NCBI GenBank assembly: GCA_963727445.1
Contig: CAVSGI010000027.1
Coordinates: 354,983 to 418,982, forward strand
Reading direction: 5' to 3'
DNA: 64,000 nt
Origin: an uncultured delta proteobacterium
Lineage (GTDB): Bacteria > Myxococcota_A > Polyangia > Polyangiales > B10-G4
In this document: one piece after another, positions 1-9,353 of the stretch
Layout: the number at the start of each line of letters is the position of its first letter
How positions within the stretch are numbered: the stretch's first letter is position 1
Translations under genes and position numbers: made by a program
Notes under the pieces: generated by a model
The model's input: only the letters and a program-made list of their open reading frames with translations
What the model was told of the DNA's origin: nothing
The model's database searches: none

Positions 1-14
1 CCGCGGGCGCTGCC

Positions 15-716
15 GTGATGGCCTTCGCCCTCTCGGGACCTTCGGAGCCCCAGGCGCCGCCCCTGGTCGCGGCCGAGCCGGTCACCCAGGCGGCCGAGCC
101 TGTGGCGGCCGAGCCCGTGGCGCCGGCCGGCGCGACGGCCCCGAGCGCGCCGGCGCCCTCGATCGCGATCGGCAACTTCGAACGGATGGAAGTTCCGGAG
201 CCGGGAGAGGTCGTCACGCCACCGACCGCACGAGACGTCGTCGTGGAGCAGCAGCAGGAGCAAGAGTCGCCGCCTCCCACCGGTGTCGATCCGGTGAGCG
301 GCGTGCTCCCCCTCGAGCTGCGCGAAGCCGCGGCGCGCATCGTCCGCGGAGAAGAGATGAGCCGCTCCGACCTGCGCCCGCTCTACAATCACGCCGCGCG
401 TCACGCCGACGATCCGCGGGCCGCCCTGCTGTTGGGGGACGCCTTCGTGGAGAAGGGCTGGTACACCGACGCCATCGAGCGCTACTACTCCGCAGCCTCG
501 GTCGATCCCGAGAGCCGCAACCACTCGGTGATGCTCGAGAACCTGGTGTGGCTGACCTTCGAGGATTGTCACGTCGCCGACTTCGCGGCTGACGCCATCG
601 CCGACATCTACGGCGCAGAGGCCGCGGACGCCGTGGCCGCCGCCATCGCCTCCGATCCCCAGGGACCGGGCCAGCGCGAGCGGCTGGAGCGGCTCTTCGC
701 GCGCATCACGCGCTGA
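15..716 (+). CDS. C-terminal part of a membrane protein (Pro/Ala-rich linker plus TPR-like helices); probably 5'-truncated by the window edge
   Basis: Frame is open to the window start. AEPV repeats are followed by a TPR-like segment (AALLLGDAFVEKGWYTDAIERYYSAASVDP). Confidence 0.6.
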   Translation: MMAFALSGPSEPQAPPLVAAEPVTQAAEPVAAEPVAPAGATAPSAPAPSIAIGNFERMEVPEPGEVVTPPTARDVVVEQQQEQESPPPTGVDPVSGVLPLELREAAARIVRGEEMSRSDLRPLYNHAARHADDPRAALLLGDAFVEKGWYTDAIERYYSAASVDPESRNHSVMLENLVWLTFEDCHVADFAADAIADIYGAEAADAVAAAIASDPQGPGQRERLERLFARITR

Positions 717-731
717 CACGGGAGAGCGTAC

Positions 732-1148
732 GTGCGCCTGCTCAGCTTTCAGGCCAGTCGCTTCGCCTGGACGCCGTTCTCCCGCACCCTCGAGAGCGCG
801 CGCGAAACGGAGAGCGCCGGCGAGGCCCTGGACGCGGTGGTGCTCTTTCTCCACGTCGAGGCACAGGACCAGGATTGGGAGCGCGAAGCCTCGGTATTCA
901 ACAAGACGCTCAAGCACACCAAGTGGATCGCGAACAAGCGCGAGCTGAAGAACGTGGTGCTCCACAGTTTCACGCATCTGGGCGGTGAGAACGCGGACCC
1001 CGCCTTCGCTCTCGCCTTCTTCGAACGGCTCGCGGAGCGCCTCGAAAAGACGGGCTACCGCGTTCAGACCACCCCCTTCGGGTGGTTCAGCGCCTGGGAG
1101 ATCGCCGTTCACGGCGAGAGCCTGGCCAAGGTCTACAAGGCCTTCTGA
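732..1148 (+). CDS. Stand-alone archaeal-type threonyl-tRNA synthetase editing domain protein
   Basis: MRLL start, VLFLHVE, HSFTHL, TPFGW and VHGESLA resemble the archaeal ThrRS N-terminal editing domain (YPFAHL, APFGY, KGHPLA). GGAG lies upstream. Confidence 0.8.
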   Translation: MRLLSFQASRFAWTPFSRTLESARETESAGEALDAVVLFLHVEAQDQDWEREASVFNKTLKHTKWIANKRELKNVVLHSFTHLGGENADPAFALAFFERLAERLEKTGYRVQTTPFGWFSAWEIAVHGESLAKVYKAF

Positions 1149-1211
1149 GTCCTGATGACAGCGCCGGGCGGCCGTGAGAGCCTCGGCCGCGTCTCAACAG
1201 GGGAGGACTCG

Positions 1212-2846
1212 ATGCGCACACTCGCGCCCATCTTCGCGCTCGTCGCGACGCTCGTCACCGCGAGCACCGCCAGCGCCTTCTGCGGCTTCTACGTCAGCGG
1301 CGCTGACGCCTCGCTCTACTCGAACGCCACCATGGTGGTGATGATGCGCGAAGGCCAGCGCACCGTGCTCTCGATGCAGAACAACTACCAGGGTCCGCCA
1401 GAGGACTTCGCGATGGTGGTGCCGGTCCCGGTCGTTCTGCAGGAGGACAACGTCAAGACGCTGCCTCACGAGATCTTCGATCGCGTGGACTCCCTCGCCG
1501 CGCCACGCCTCGTCGAGTACTGGGAGCAGGATCCCTGCATGGTTCAGCCGCCCATGGAGATGATGATGCGAGCGGCACCGACTGGCGCGATGGACGAAAT
1601 GGAAGGCTCCGCCGGCGGCGCAGACCTCGGCGTGACCATCGAAGCGCAGTTCTCGGTGGCCGAGTACGACATCGTGATCCTGAGCGCGCAGGACTCGAAC
1701 GGCCTCGACACCTGGCTGCGCCGCGAGGACTACAACATCCCCGCCGGCGCCGAGCCCGTGCTGCGCCCGTACGTGCAGCAGGGGACGAAGTTCTTCGTGG
1801 CGAAGGTGGACGTCGAGCGCGTCACCTTCGAAAACGGTCGCGCGGTGCTGTCGCCCCTGCGCGTGCACTACGACGCGCAGGAGTTCTCGCTGCCCGTGCG
1901 CCTCGGCCTCCTCAACAGCGCGGGCCAGCAGGACCTGCTGGTACACATCCTCGCGCGTGGGCAGCGCTACGAGATGGCCAACTACGAAAACGCGATGATC
2001 CCGACGAACATCGTGGTGGAGGAGGCCACCCGCTGGAGCTTCGGCGAGTTCTACGACCTGCTCTTCCGCCGGACCGTCGCCCAGACGCCGCGCACGGTGG
2101 TGACCGAGTACAGCTGGGACGCGAACAGCTGCGACCCCTGCCCGGTGCCCGCCCTCGACGCGGCCGAGCTCGCGACCCTGGGCGCTGACGTGATCCCCGG
2201 TGAGCCCTACGGCTTCGTGCTCACGCGCCTCCACTACCGCTACGGCCCCGACGGCCTCGACGAAGACCTCGTCTTCCGCGCGGCCCCACCGATCATCGGC
2301 GGGCGGGGTATCCCCAACCAGCAAGGCGCCTTCGAGGAGGCGCGGTCTCAGCCGGGCCCCATGAACAACTTCCAGGGGCGCTACGCGATCCTCCACAAAT
2401 GGCAGGGCGCGATCGAGTGCGACAGCCCGAACCGCGGCCGTTGGGGTGGCCCTCCCGGACAGCCCATGCCGGTGTGGGGTGCGCCCAACCCGCTGCTCCG
2501 CCAAGACGGAGCGGGTCAGGAGCCGAGCGCGCCCAACCGCCCGGCGGACCTTCCGCCCGTGACGGCGATCGGTCCCCTCGTCACCCAGAACATCTCCGAG
2601 ATCGGCGTGGTCGCGGGTCGGGCCGAATCGCCCCTGCCTGGCGATCCTGGTCCGCCCGGCGGCGGCGGTGGCGGCGGCGGCGGGAGCAGCACGCCCAGCG
2701 GCCCCTCCGATACGCCGCCCGCCGCGAGCAGTGAGGGGGGTTGCGCGTCCTGCGCGGTCGGCGGCCAGGGCGGCGGGCTCGCTGCGCTCGTCGGTCTCGG
2801 CGTCATCGGCCTCGTGCTCGCAGGCCGGCGACGGCGTCGTCGCTAG
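1212..2846 (+). CDS. Secreted DUF2330-like protein with C-terminal MYXO-CTERM-type sorting signal
   Basis: GGAGG RBS, signal peptide ending ASA-FCGFYV, and a tail GGCASCAV + hydrophobic helix + RRRRRR. Confidence 0.8.
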   Translation: MRTLAPIFALVATLVTASTASAFCGFYVSGADASLYSNATMVVMMREGQRTVLSMQNNYQGPPEDFAMVVPVPVVLQEDNVKTLPHEIFDRVDSLAAPRLVEYWEQDPCMVQPPMEMMMRAAPTGAMDEMEGSAGGADLGVTIEAQFSVAEYDIVILSAQDSNGLDTWLRREDYNIPAGAEPVLRPYVQQGTKFFVAKVDVERVTFENGRAVLSPLRVHYDAQEFSLPVRLGLLNSAGQQDLLVHILARGQRYEMANYENAMIPTNIVVEEATRWSFGEFYDLLFRRTVAQTPRTVVTEYSWDANSCDPCPVPALDAAELATLGADVIPGEPYGFVLTRLHYRYGPDGLDEDLVFRAAPPIIGGRGIPNQQGAFEEARSQPGPMNNFQGRYAILHKWQGAIECDSPNRGRWGGPPGQPMPVWGAPNPLLRQDGAGQEPSAPNRPADLPPVTAIGPLVTQNISEIGVVAGRAESPLPGDPGPPGGGGGGGGGSSTPSGPSDTPPAASSEGGCASCAVGGQGGGLAALVGLGVIGLVLAGRRRRRR

Positions 2847-2876
2847 GCTACAGCCAGAGCCCATCTCGGCAGAGAA

Positions 2877-2912
2877 GAAGAAGGCCGGCCCTTTTGGGGG
2901 CCGGCCTCTTTC
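2877..2912. terminator. Bidirectional intrinsic terminator
   Basis: AGGCCGGCCC-TTTTG-GGGGCCGGCCT hairpin with A-rich and T-rich flanks, between convergent genes. Confidence 0.75.
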
Positions 2913-2932
2913 GTGTCGCGACGAGCCTCGGG

Positions 2933-4756
2933 CTACTGCCGCTCGCAGGTCGGGGCGCGCTCGTTGGTCTGGCCGAGCTGGTAGACCTCGCTCGAGCCGC
3001 AGGCGTCGCGCACCGCGTTGCGGTAGTCGTCGACCTGCTGCCAGGTCATGGAGATGGGCACCAGGCCCAGGCTGTCGATCATGCGGATGGGCACGTTGCT
3101 GTCGCCGTTGCGGACGCGCTCCATCATTCCGTCGTAGTCGTCGACGCCGCGGTTCCAGGCGAACTCGAAGTTGTCCTTGAAGTCCTGGAGCAGCTGGGTG
3201 TGCGCCTGACCGTCGAAGATCATCACGTTCTCGAAGGTCTTGAACTCGGAGTTGAAGGAGAGGTTGTAGCTGCCGGTCACGATCCAGCGGCCGTCGATGA
3301 TCATCGACTTGTGGTGCATCTGCTGGAAGCTGTAGTGCCAGTTGTAGCTGTAGTACTTGATGCGGAGCTCGTGGTTGGGGTTGTCCGAGAAGGCGTCTGC
3401 GACTTGGGCCGAGTAGTACATCCCCGTCTCACAGTTCATGTGCTGCGTCTCGGTCGACGCGTCGGCGTAGCACTCCTCGAGGTCGCTCAGCATCTGCTGC
3501 ATCTTGTACGCCGTCACGTACTCCTGGTTGTCCTGGTAGACGCGGATCTCGATATCCGGGTCGGCCGCTGCCTTGGCGATGAGGGCGTTGGCGATGGGCA
3601 CCGAGCGCAGGCGCTCGGAGAAGATCCAGATGCTCTCCTCGGCGCTGTTGATCATGTCGATCCAGCGCTGAGCGACCTGGTAGCCGTTGCTCTTGTCGGC
3701 GGTGAGACCGCGCGAGGTGACCTTGAAGTTCTGCGAGGTGAAGATGGCGTCCACCGTGGGGTCGTCCACCGCCGCGATCATGTCGTCGGTGATCTCCACG
3801 GACTGGAAGTAGTTGGTGGTGTCGTCGTAGCCCGTGTCGACCGCGCCCGAGTTGTCCCAGAGGTAGTTGAACTCGCGCTGGAAGCGAAGCGCCATCTCCG
3901 GGCTGTTCTCGATGATGACGGTCGACTCGTCGTAGGTGTCCACGGCGCCGCTCGACCAGTTCGCGCTGCCGGAGGAGATGATGGTCTGCGCCGGGTCGTC
4001 ACCCTCGTTCTGCACGCCGTCGAAGATGGCGAACTTGTGGTGATTGATCTGACCGGAGTCGCGGACCTCGATGCCGGCGCGCTCGAGCTCGGTCTCGAGC
4101 CCACCGCCCAGGTGTCCGCGGTCGTACATGACGCGGATGCGGATGCGGTCGGCGTTCGCCAGGACCGCCGCCTTGATGTCCGGCTGGCTGAAGCTGTAGA
4201 TCGAGACGTCGGCGCTGCGCTCCGCGGTGTTGAAGAGCTGGACGAGCCGCGCCGCGTGGCTCTGCGCGAAATCGGTGGCGGGCGAGAAGATCACACCCAC
4301 GTCTGCGCCATCGCCAGTCGGGGTGTCACAGGCCGACTCGGACGCCGCGTGAAGCGCCTCGAAGGTGCTCGGGCCAACGTACTTCACGTCGTCGATCGCC
4401 TGCGCATCCGGAAACTGCCGGAAGCTGGGCTCGAAGCCTGCGGGCAGGTCGCCGGCCGGACAGTCCTGGTCGGTGTTCATCCCCATGCGCCACCAGACGA
4501 GGCACTTGGCGGCGGTCCCGTAGACGCCCTGGTCACGCAGGGCGGCGCGGGCCGGGCCCTCGTCCTCCAGCGTGGAGACCGGGACCTGGTTCACGAAGTC
4601 GGTGATGGCGCCGAGCTCGCACTCCGTGTACGGCCCGTCCGCCTTGCCCGCGGCGATCCCCGCCGAATCCCGGGCGTCCTCGCCGGGGCCTTGGACTGCG
4701 CAGGCGCCCATGAGGGCCAGTGCAGCGAGAAGGGTGATGCGAGTGCGAAAAGACAT
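2933..4756 (-). CDS. Phospholipase D superfamily lipoprotein with two HKD motifs
   Basis: Lipobox LMGAC; HHKFAIFD...SGSANW and HHKSMIID...TGSYNL. Confidence 0.85.
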   Translation of the reverse strand: MSFRTRITLLAALALMGACAVQGPGEDARDSAGIAAGKADGPYTECELGAITDFVNQVPVSTLEDEGPARAALRDQGVYGTAAKCLVWWRMGMNTDQDCPAGDLPAGFEPSFRQFPDAQAIDDVKYVGPSTFEALHAASESACDTPTGDGADVGVIFSPATDFAQSHAARLVQLFNTAERSADVSIYSFSQPDIKAAVLANADRIRIRVMYDRGHLGGGLETELERAGIEVRDSGQINHHKFAIFDGVQNEGDDPAQTIISSGSANWSSGAVDTYDESTVIIENSPEMALRFQREFNYLWDNSGAVDTGYDDTTNYFQSVEITDDMIAAVDDPTVDAIFTSQNFKVTSRGLTADKSNGYQVAQRWIDMINSAEESIWIFSERLRSVPIANALIAKAAADPDIEIRVYQDNQEYVTAYKMQQMLSDLEECYADASTETQHMNCETGMYYSAQVADAFSDNPNHELRIKYYSYNWHYSFQQMHHKSMIIDGRWIVTGSYNLSFNSEFKTFENVMIFDGQAHTQLLQDFKDNFEFAWNRGVDDYDGMMERVRNGDSNVPIRMIDSLGLVPISMTWQQVDDYRNAVRDACGSSEVYQLGQTNERAPTCERQ

Positions 4757-4924
4757 TGGATGATTCCTCCCTAACCTGCGCGTTCCTAGAGCAAGGGTTG
4801 CGCCAACGCCCGAACGAGGATTTCGCCAGTCATTTCCATGACATGATCGACGTGGTGGCAGGCGATCGGTGGCGGCTACTCTAGCCGCCACGGGCGCGGG
4901 AGGAGGCTGCTACCATCCGCGCCC

Positions 4925-5266
4925 ATGGGACTGTCGCAGCTGAACGACGAAGAGCTCGTGGCCCTGGCGGGGCTGATGCGCGAGGTGATCCAGGCGGACC
5001 ACGAGTACACCGAAGCGGAGCGCCAGCGCGTGGACGAGCTCGCCGCCGAGATCGGGGAGGAGCGCTTCGCCAAGGTCTTCGACGAAGCCAAGCGCACCCT
5101 CACCTCGCGACACGAGGTCAAGGAACACGCCAAGACCGTCGCCCGGCCCGAGGCCCGGCGCGCCATCTTCGACTTCCTGATGCGCCTCTCCGCCGCCGAC
5201 GGCGTCGACCGTGACGAGGAGAAGCCGCTGCGGTGGCTGATTTCCTGGTGGGACCTGGGCTCCTGA
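4925..5266 (+). CDS. TerB-like protein
   Basis: Helical 113-aa protein with two TerB-type motifs, ADHEYTEAE and ADGVDRDEE. Confidence 0.7.
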   Translation: MGLSQLNDEELVALAGLMREVIQADHEYTEAERQRVDELAAEIGEERFAKVFDEAKRTLTSRHEVKEHAKTVARPEARRAIFDFLMRLSAADGVDRDEEKPLRWLISWWDLGS

Positions 5267-5277
5267 GCACGTAGACG

Positions 5278-6453
5278 TCAGCGGCGAAGGTAGACGAAGC
5301 CGTCCTCGTCCTTCGTGCCGGTGTCACCCGTGCGAAGGGCGCCGTCCCGGAAGCGGTCGGCGTTGCCCTCCCAGTCGTCGAGATAGCCCCGGGTCACGCC
5401 GGGGCCGCGGACGATGATCGCGCCCTCCTCGCCGGATGGGAGGGGCTCGCCGCCCTCGCCGATCACCTCGAGGGTGGTGTCCGACAGACCCCGGCCGATC
5501 GAGTCGGCGCGGTCGGGATGGGCGTGCACGGGATGGACGCTGACGAGCCCCGTCGCCTCGGCCTGAGCATAGAGGGTGAAGAGCTCGGGCGAGGCGTGCG
5601 CGAGGAGCGACTCCCGGATGTGCGGAGCGCGGGCTCCCCCCGGCACGGCGACATAGCGGAGATGCTCGAAGGAGCGGTCCCGGAAGTCGGTCTCCTCGAT
5701 GAGCGCCTCGAGTGCCTGCGGGCGAGCATAGAGGCCGGTAGCGCGCGCGGCCTCGAGGGCACCGATGAGCGCATCGGGACGGGACGCCGTACCGTGAAGC
5801 GACCCGCCCACCCACAGATGCGTGTGGAGCAGGGCCGCTCCGACCGGATCGTCGATGGGCAACGTCATCGAGGTCCGCTCCCCCGCGCGGAGCGAGAGGG
5901 CCGCGACGACGGCCCGCGTATTGGCTTCGAGGTTGTCGTGGCCGATGCGCACCGCGCGTGGGGCGCCCGCCGGCGAAACCGCGAAGAAGAGCGCCGCGAT
6001 GCCGAGCAGATCCTCGGGGTCGTGATCCCGACCGAAGCCACCGGCGACGTGAGAGCTCCTGAGCGGTTCGGGGCCGATGATCACGTGCTCGACGTTCCCC
6101 GAGCAGACGATGCCCGCGAAACGCGCCGCGAGATCTTCGTGCACCAGCGCGAAGCGCGGCGCAGCGAGCGCGATGCGCGCTTCGAGGGCGGCGTCCTCAT
6201 GAGAGCTCGACAGCGGCACCGCCACACACTCCGCTTCCATCGCCGCCAGATAAGCTGCGACGCCGAAGGCCGACGGGTCGGCGAAGACCACCGCCCGATC
6301 CCCCGGCACCACCTTCACGCTGCGGATCGCCTCCACGAGGCGCTGCACACGCGCGCGAAGCGCATAGTAAGTGAGCTCGTGCTCTCCCTCGACGACCGCG
6401 AGACGCGGGCCGTCCGCGCGATTCAACAAGCTCCGGCTGAAGGATGGGGTCAA
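5278..6453 (-). CDS. Degenerate AMP-binding (ANL superfamily) protein lacking the C-terminal subdomain
   Basis: LTY..L..RV, GAIIVRGPGVTRGYL and LRTGDTG..DEDGFVY motifs. The TTG start overlaps the upstream TGA. Confidence 0.7.
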   Translation of the reverse strand: MTPSFSRSLLNRADGPRLAVVEGEHELTYYALRARVQRLVEAIRSVKVVPGDRAVVFADPSAFGVAAYLAAMEAECVAVPLSSSHEDAALEARIALAAPRFALVHEDLAARFAGIVCSGNVEHVIIGPEPLRSSHVAGGFGRDHDPEDLLGIAALFFAVSPAGAPRAVRIGHDNLEANTRAVVAALSLRAGERTSMTLPIDDPVGAALLHTHLWVGGSLHGTASRPDALIGALEAARATGLYARPQALEALIEETDFRDRSFEHLRYVAVPGGARAPHIRESLLAHASPELFTLYAQAEATGLVSVHPVHAHPDRADSIGRGLSDTTLEVIGEGGEPLPSGEEGAIIVRGPGVTRGYLDDWEGNADRFRDGALRTGDTGTKDEDGFVYLRR

Positions 6454-7539
6454 AGCTCTTCGGTCTCCGGCTCTTTCTTTCGGCCCCCGAGCGCGAACCA
6501 GTAGACCACCGGCACGAGGCCGATGCCCGCGATGGCCCAGCCGCCGGTGGTCCCCGCCGCGGCGAGGAGCGCGCCGATCACCATGCCTGGATCGCTCGAC
6601 AGATTGAAGAGGGCGAACTTCTGGGCGCTCTCCGGCAAGCCCGCGAAGTTGTGATAGCCGTAGAACGCGAGCAGGGCGTGGCTCACCGCCACCGCGAAGA
6701 TCGCCTCCCCCGCGTCGAAGCCGGCGAAGACGGCGAGGGTCAGCGTCAGCGTCAACGGCACGACCACGTTCAGACCGACCCGGGAGAAGCGCCGCAGGAG
6801 GAGCGCGCCCAGCACCTGGCCGACCATGAAGATGCCGGCGAGGATCAACAAGATGGTGAAGTACGACAGCGACGGGAAGTAGCGCGGAGCGAGCGCGCTC
6901 AGGAACGCGAGCATGTAGCCGTAGGTCATCTTCGCCGCGAAGAGCGGGAAGAAGAGCAACAGCCCCCGAGGCGCGTCCGCGAGGGCCGCGCGGTCGGCCT
7001 CGGTCGATTCGCTGGGCGCGGTCTTCGGCTGCGCCCAGAGCGCGAGCGCGCTCGCGGCGATGAGCCCCGCGAAGGTCAGCAGCGCCCCGGCCGGTCCCGC
7101 GTGGGGCACGACGGCGTCGACCACCAGCGGCCCGCTGACGAAGCCGCCGGCGAAGACCGAGTTCAACCAGGCGACGCGCTTCTCGGCCGCGCCCCAGCTC
7201 TCGAGCCGGATGATGTGGACGAAGAGCAGCGGCAGGGTGAGCCCCGAGGCGATGCCCTCCATGAAGCGACCGGTCAGAAAGCCCACGTCGCTCATGAGCG
7301 CCGCCATGTAGACCAGCGCCGCCGCGAAGGCGAGCTCGTAGACAGGCAGGGCCCCCCAGGGCTTCGACAGCGCGGGCCAGCGCCAGATCGAGAGCTGGCC
7401 CAACACCATCCCGAAGAAATAGAGGGCGAAGGCGTAGGGCGCCCGAATCCCCCATCTGCTCGTTCAGGACGGGGATCATGCCGCTCGCGAAGGCGCCGTG
7501 CAGGAACACGAGCGCCATGAGCACGGAGCGGATGACCAT
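6450..7539 (-). CDS. MFS-like multi-pass transporter with a frameshift near 7443
   Basis: Many TM helices and GRFMEGIASG. The N-terminus MVIRSVLMALVFLHG joins PYAFALYFFGMVLG after removing one base. Confidence 0.7.
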
Positions 7540-7583
7540 GGCTCTAACTACCAGGGCCGGCGGCGCTGGCATACCCTCGCCCT

Positions 7584-8489
7584 GTGAGACGACCGACCGC
7601 CGGCCTGCTCGCCTCTTTCGACCTGCTCTTCGTCCTGCTCTTCGTGGTCGTCGTGGGGACGCCCCTGGGCGCGGTCGCTCTGCTCTTCGACTACGTCGGC
7701 CGCCACCTGCCCTTCTGGCTCAACGCCGGGCTGCTCCCCGCCTACGGGCTCCTCGTCCTCTTCGGCATGACGGTGGTCGTCCGCTTCGTCCGCCTCTTCT
7801 TGCCGCGCGTCGAGGCCGGCACCTTCAAGATGCCCTCCAGCCCGAAGGCGCGCGCCTGGTTTCTTCACTTCGCCCTGCAGCGCATCCTCTACCTCCCGCT
7901 CTGGCGGCCTCTCTATTTCTCCATCGCCGCCCTCCGCACCGCGGCCCTCCGCGCGCTCGGGGCGCGGGTCCCGATGGCGATCAGCACCGCCTCCGATCCT
8001 CAGCTCCTCGACCCCGCGCTCCTCACCATCGGCAAAGGCGCGGTGATCGGCGCCGGCGTGATGACCACCTGCCACTTCATGCTCGCCAACCGGCTGCGGC
8101 TGGCCGAGGTCAGGATCGGCGCGGACGCTCAGCTCCACGAGTCGGCGAAGATCGCCCTCGGCGTGACCATCGGCGAGGGCGCGGTCATCGGGCCGGAGTC
8201 CTTCATCGGTCCCGACTGTCAGATCGGCGCGGGGGCGCGCATCGGCGGGGGCTGCCGCTTCGTCGGCACGGCCGAGATCGGCGAGCGCGCCAAGATCGGC
8301 GTCCTGGTCGTCGTGGAGCAAGGCGTGAAGATCGGCGCGGGCGCGCGGGTGGCGGCGGGAACCACGGTTCCAAAGGGCACCATCGTCGAAGCGCGCGGCC
8401 GCTACCCCGCCGCCGCTCAGGACGAGGACGAGGACGACGACGAAGGCGAAGAGGTCGCGGGCGCCCTGCGCAGCGGATCGACGATCTGA
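7584..8489 (+). CDS. Membrane-anchored hexapeptide-repeat (left-handed beta-helix) acyltransferase-like protein
   Basis: Two N-terminal TM helices, then repeats such as IGKGAVIG, IGEGAVIG and IGAGARIG. Confidence 0.8.
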   Translation: MRRPTAGLLASFDLLFVLLFVVVVGTPLGAVALLFDYVGRHLPFWLNAGLLPAYGLLVLFGMTVVVRFVRLFLPRVEAGTFKMPSSPKARAWFLHFALQRILYLPLWRPLYFSIAALRTAALRALGARVPMAISTASDPQLLDPALLTIGKGAVIGAGVMTTCHFMLANRLRLAEVRIGADAQLHESAKIALGVTIGEGAVIGPESFIGPDCQIGAGARIGGGCRFVGTAEIGERAKIGVLVVVEQGVKIGAGARVAAGTTVPKGTIVEARGRYPAAAQDEDEDDDEGEEVAGALRSGSTI

Positions 8490-9343
8490 CCCCAGAAGCC
8501 CGGCGAGGTGGGGTCGTCGACCACGCCGACGTCGACCTTGCCCTTCCCGGCGCGCGCACGGCTCTGCGGGCTGGTGTAGGTGCGAAAGAGAATGTCCCAG
8601 ACGACGAGGGCCGTGCCGTAGTTGGTGTTGCCTTCCACGCGGTCGATCGAGTGGTGGATGCGATGGGCGTTCGGTCCCATGAGCACGTACTCGAGCGGGC
8701 CGAGACGAAAGTCGACGTTCGAGTGATCGAAGACGCCCAGCATGGAATTGACGACGACGAAAGGCAGGATCACCTCCGGGCCCGCGCCGAGAGCGATGGC
8801 GGGGCCGAAGAGGAAGGGCTGCTGAAGGAAGCGCTCGACGATGTGATTGCGTGAGGTCTTGAAGACGTTCATCGCGCCGACGCTGTGATGAAGGACGTGG
8901 TAGCGCCACAGGTACGGCACCTCGTGCATCGTGCGGTGCTGGACGTAACGGCCGAGGTCCGCCAACAGAAAGAGCAGCACCACCTGAAGCAGCATCGGCA
9001 GCGACGAGGGCCAGAGGCTCCCGCCAGTGCGCTCCGCGATGAAGGCTGCGGCGAGCCCGAAGAGCCCGAAGGCCGCGAGGTTGCCGAGCTGGCCACCGAG
9101 GAGCGTGCCGAAGATCGAGTGACCGACGTCGTTCAGGCGCTGCCCGTCGCTCCCCACCCAGTCCTCGCGGTAGGGCACGAGCACCTCGAGCCCCCAAACG
9201 ACGAAGAAGATCGCGAGGCTCATCGCCAACAGCACCAGCCCTTCGGCGTAGCCCGCACCCAGGAGCGCGAAGGTCGCCCAGCCGCCGGCCACCATCAGCC
9301 CGGGCATGCCGAGATAACGGACGAGCCAGCGAAACGTTTCCAT
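8417..9343 (-). CDS. Sterol desaturase / fatty acid hydroxylase family protein
   Basis: His boxes HRTMH, HVLHH, HSN and HRIHH, plus NYG and WDILFRT. Confidence 0.9.
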   Translation of the reverse strand: METFRWLVRYLGMPGLMVAGGWATFALLGAGYAEGLVLLAMSLAIFFVVWGLEVLVPYREDWVGSDGQRLNDVGHSIFGTLLGGQLGNLAAFGLFGLAAAFIAERTGGSLWPSSLPMLLQVVLLFLLADLGRYVQHRTMHEVPYLWRYHVLHHSVGAMNVFKTSRNHIVERFLQQPFLFGPAIALGAGPEVILPFVVVNSMLGVFDHSNVDFRLGPLEYVLMGPNAHRIHHSIDRVEGNTNYGTALVVWDILFRTYTSPQSRARAGKGKVDVGVVDDPTSPGFWGQIVDPLRRAPATSSPSSSSSSSS

Positions 9344-9353
9344 CGCGGTGATC

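Noticed and set aside
5278..7572. 764-aa MFS-adenylation fusion
   Set aside because: A frameshift near 7443 joins the MFS N-terminus to an off-frame stretch; these are two separate genes.
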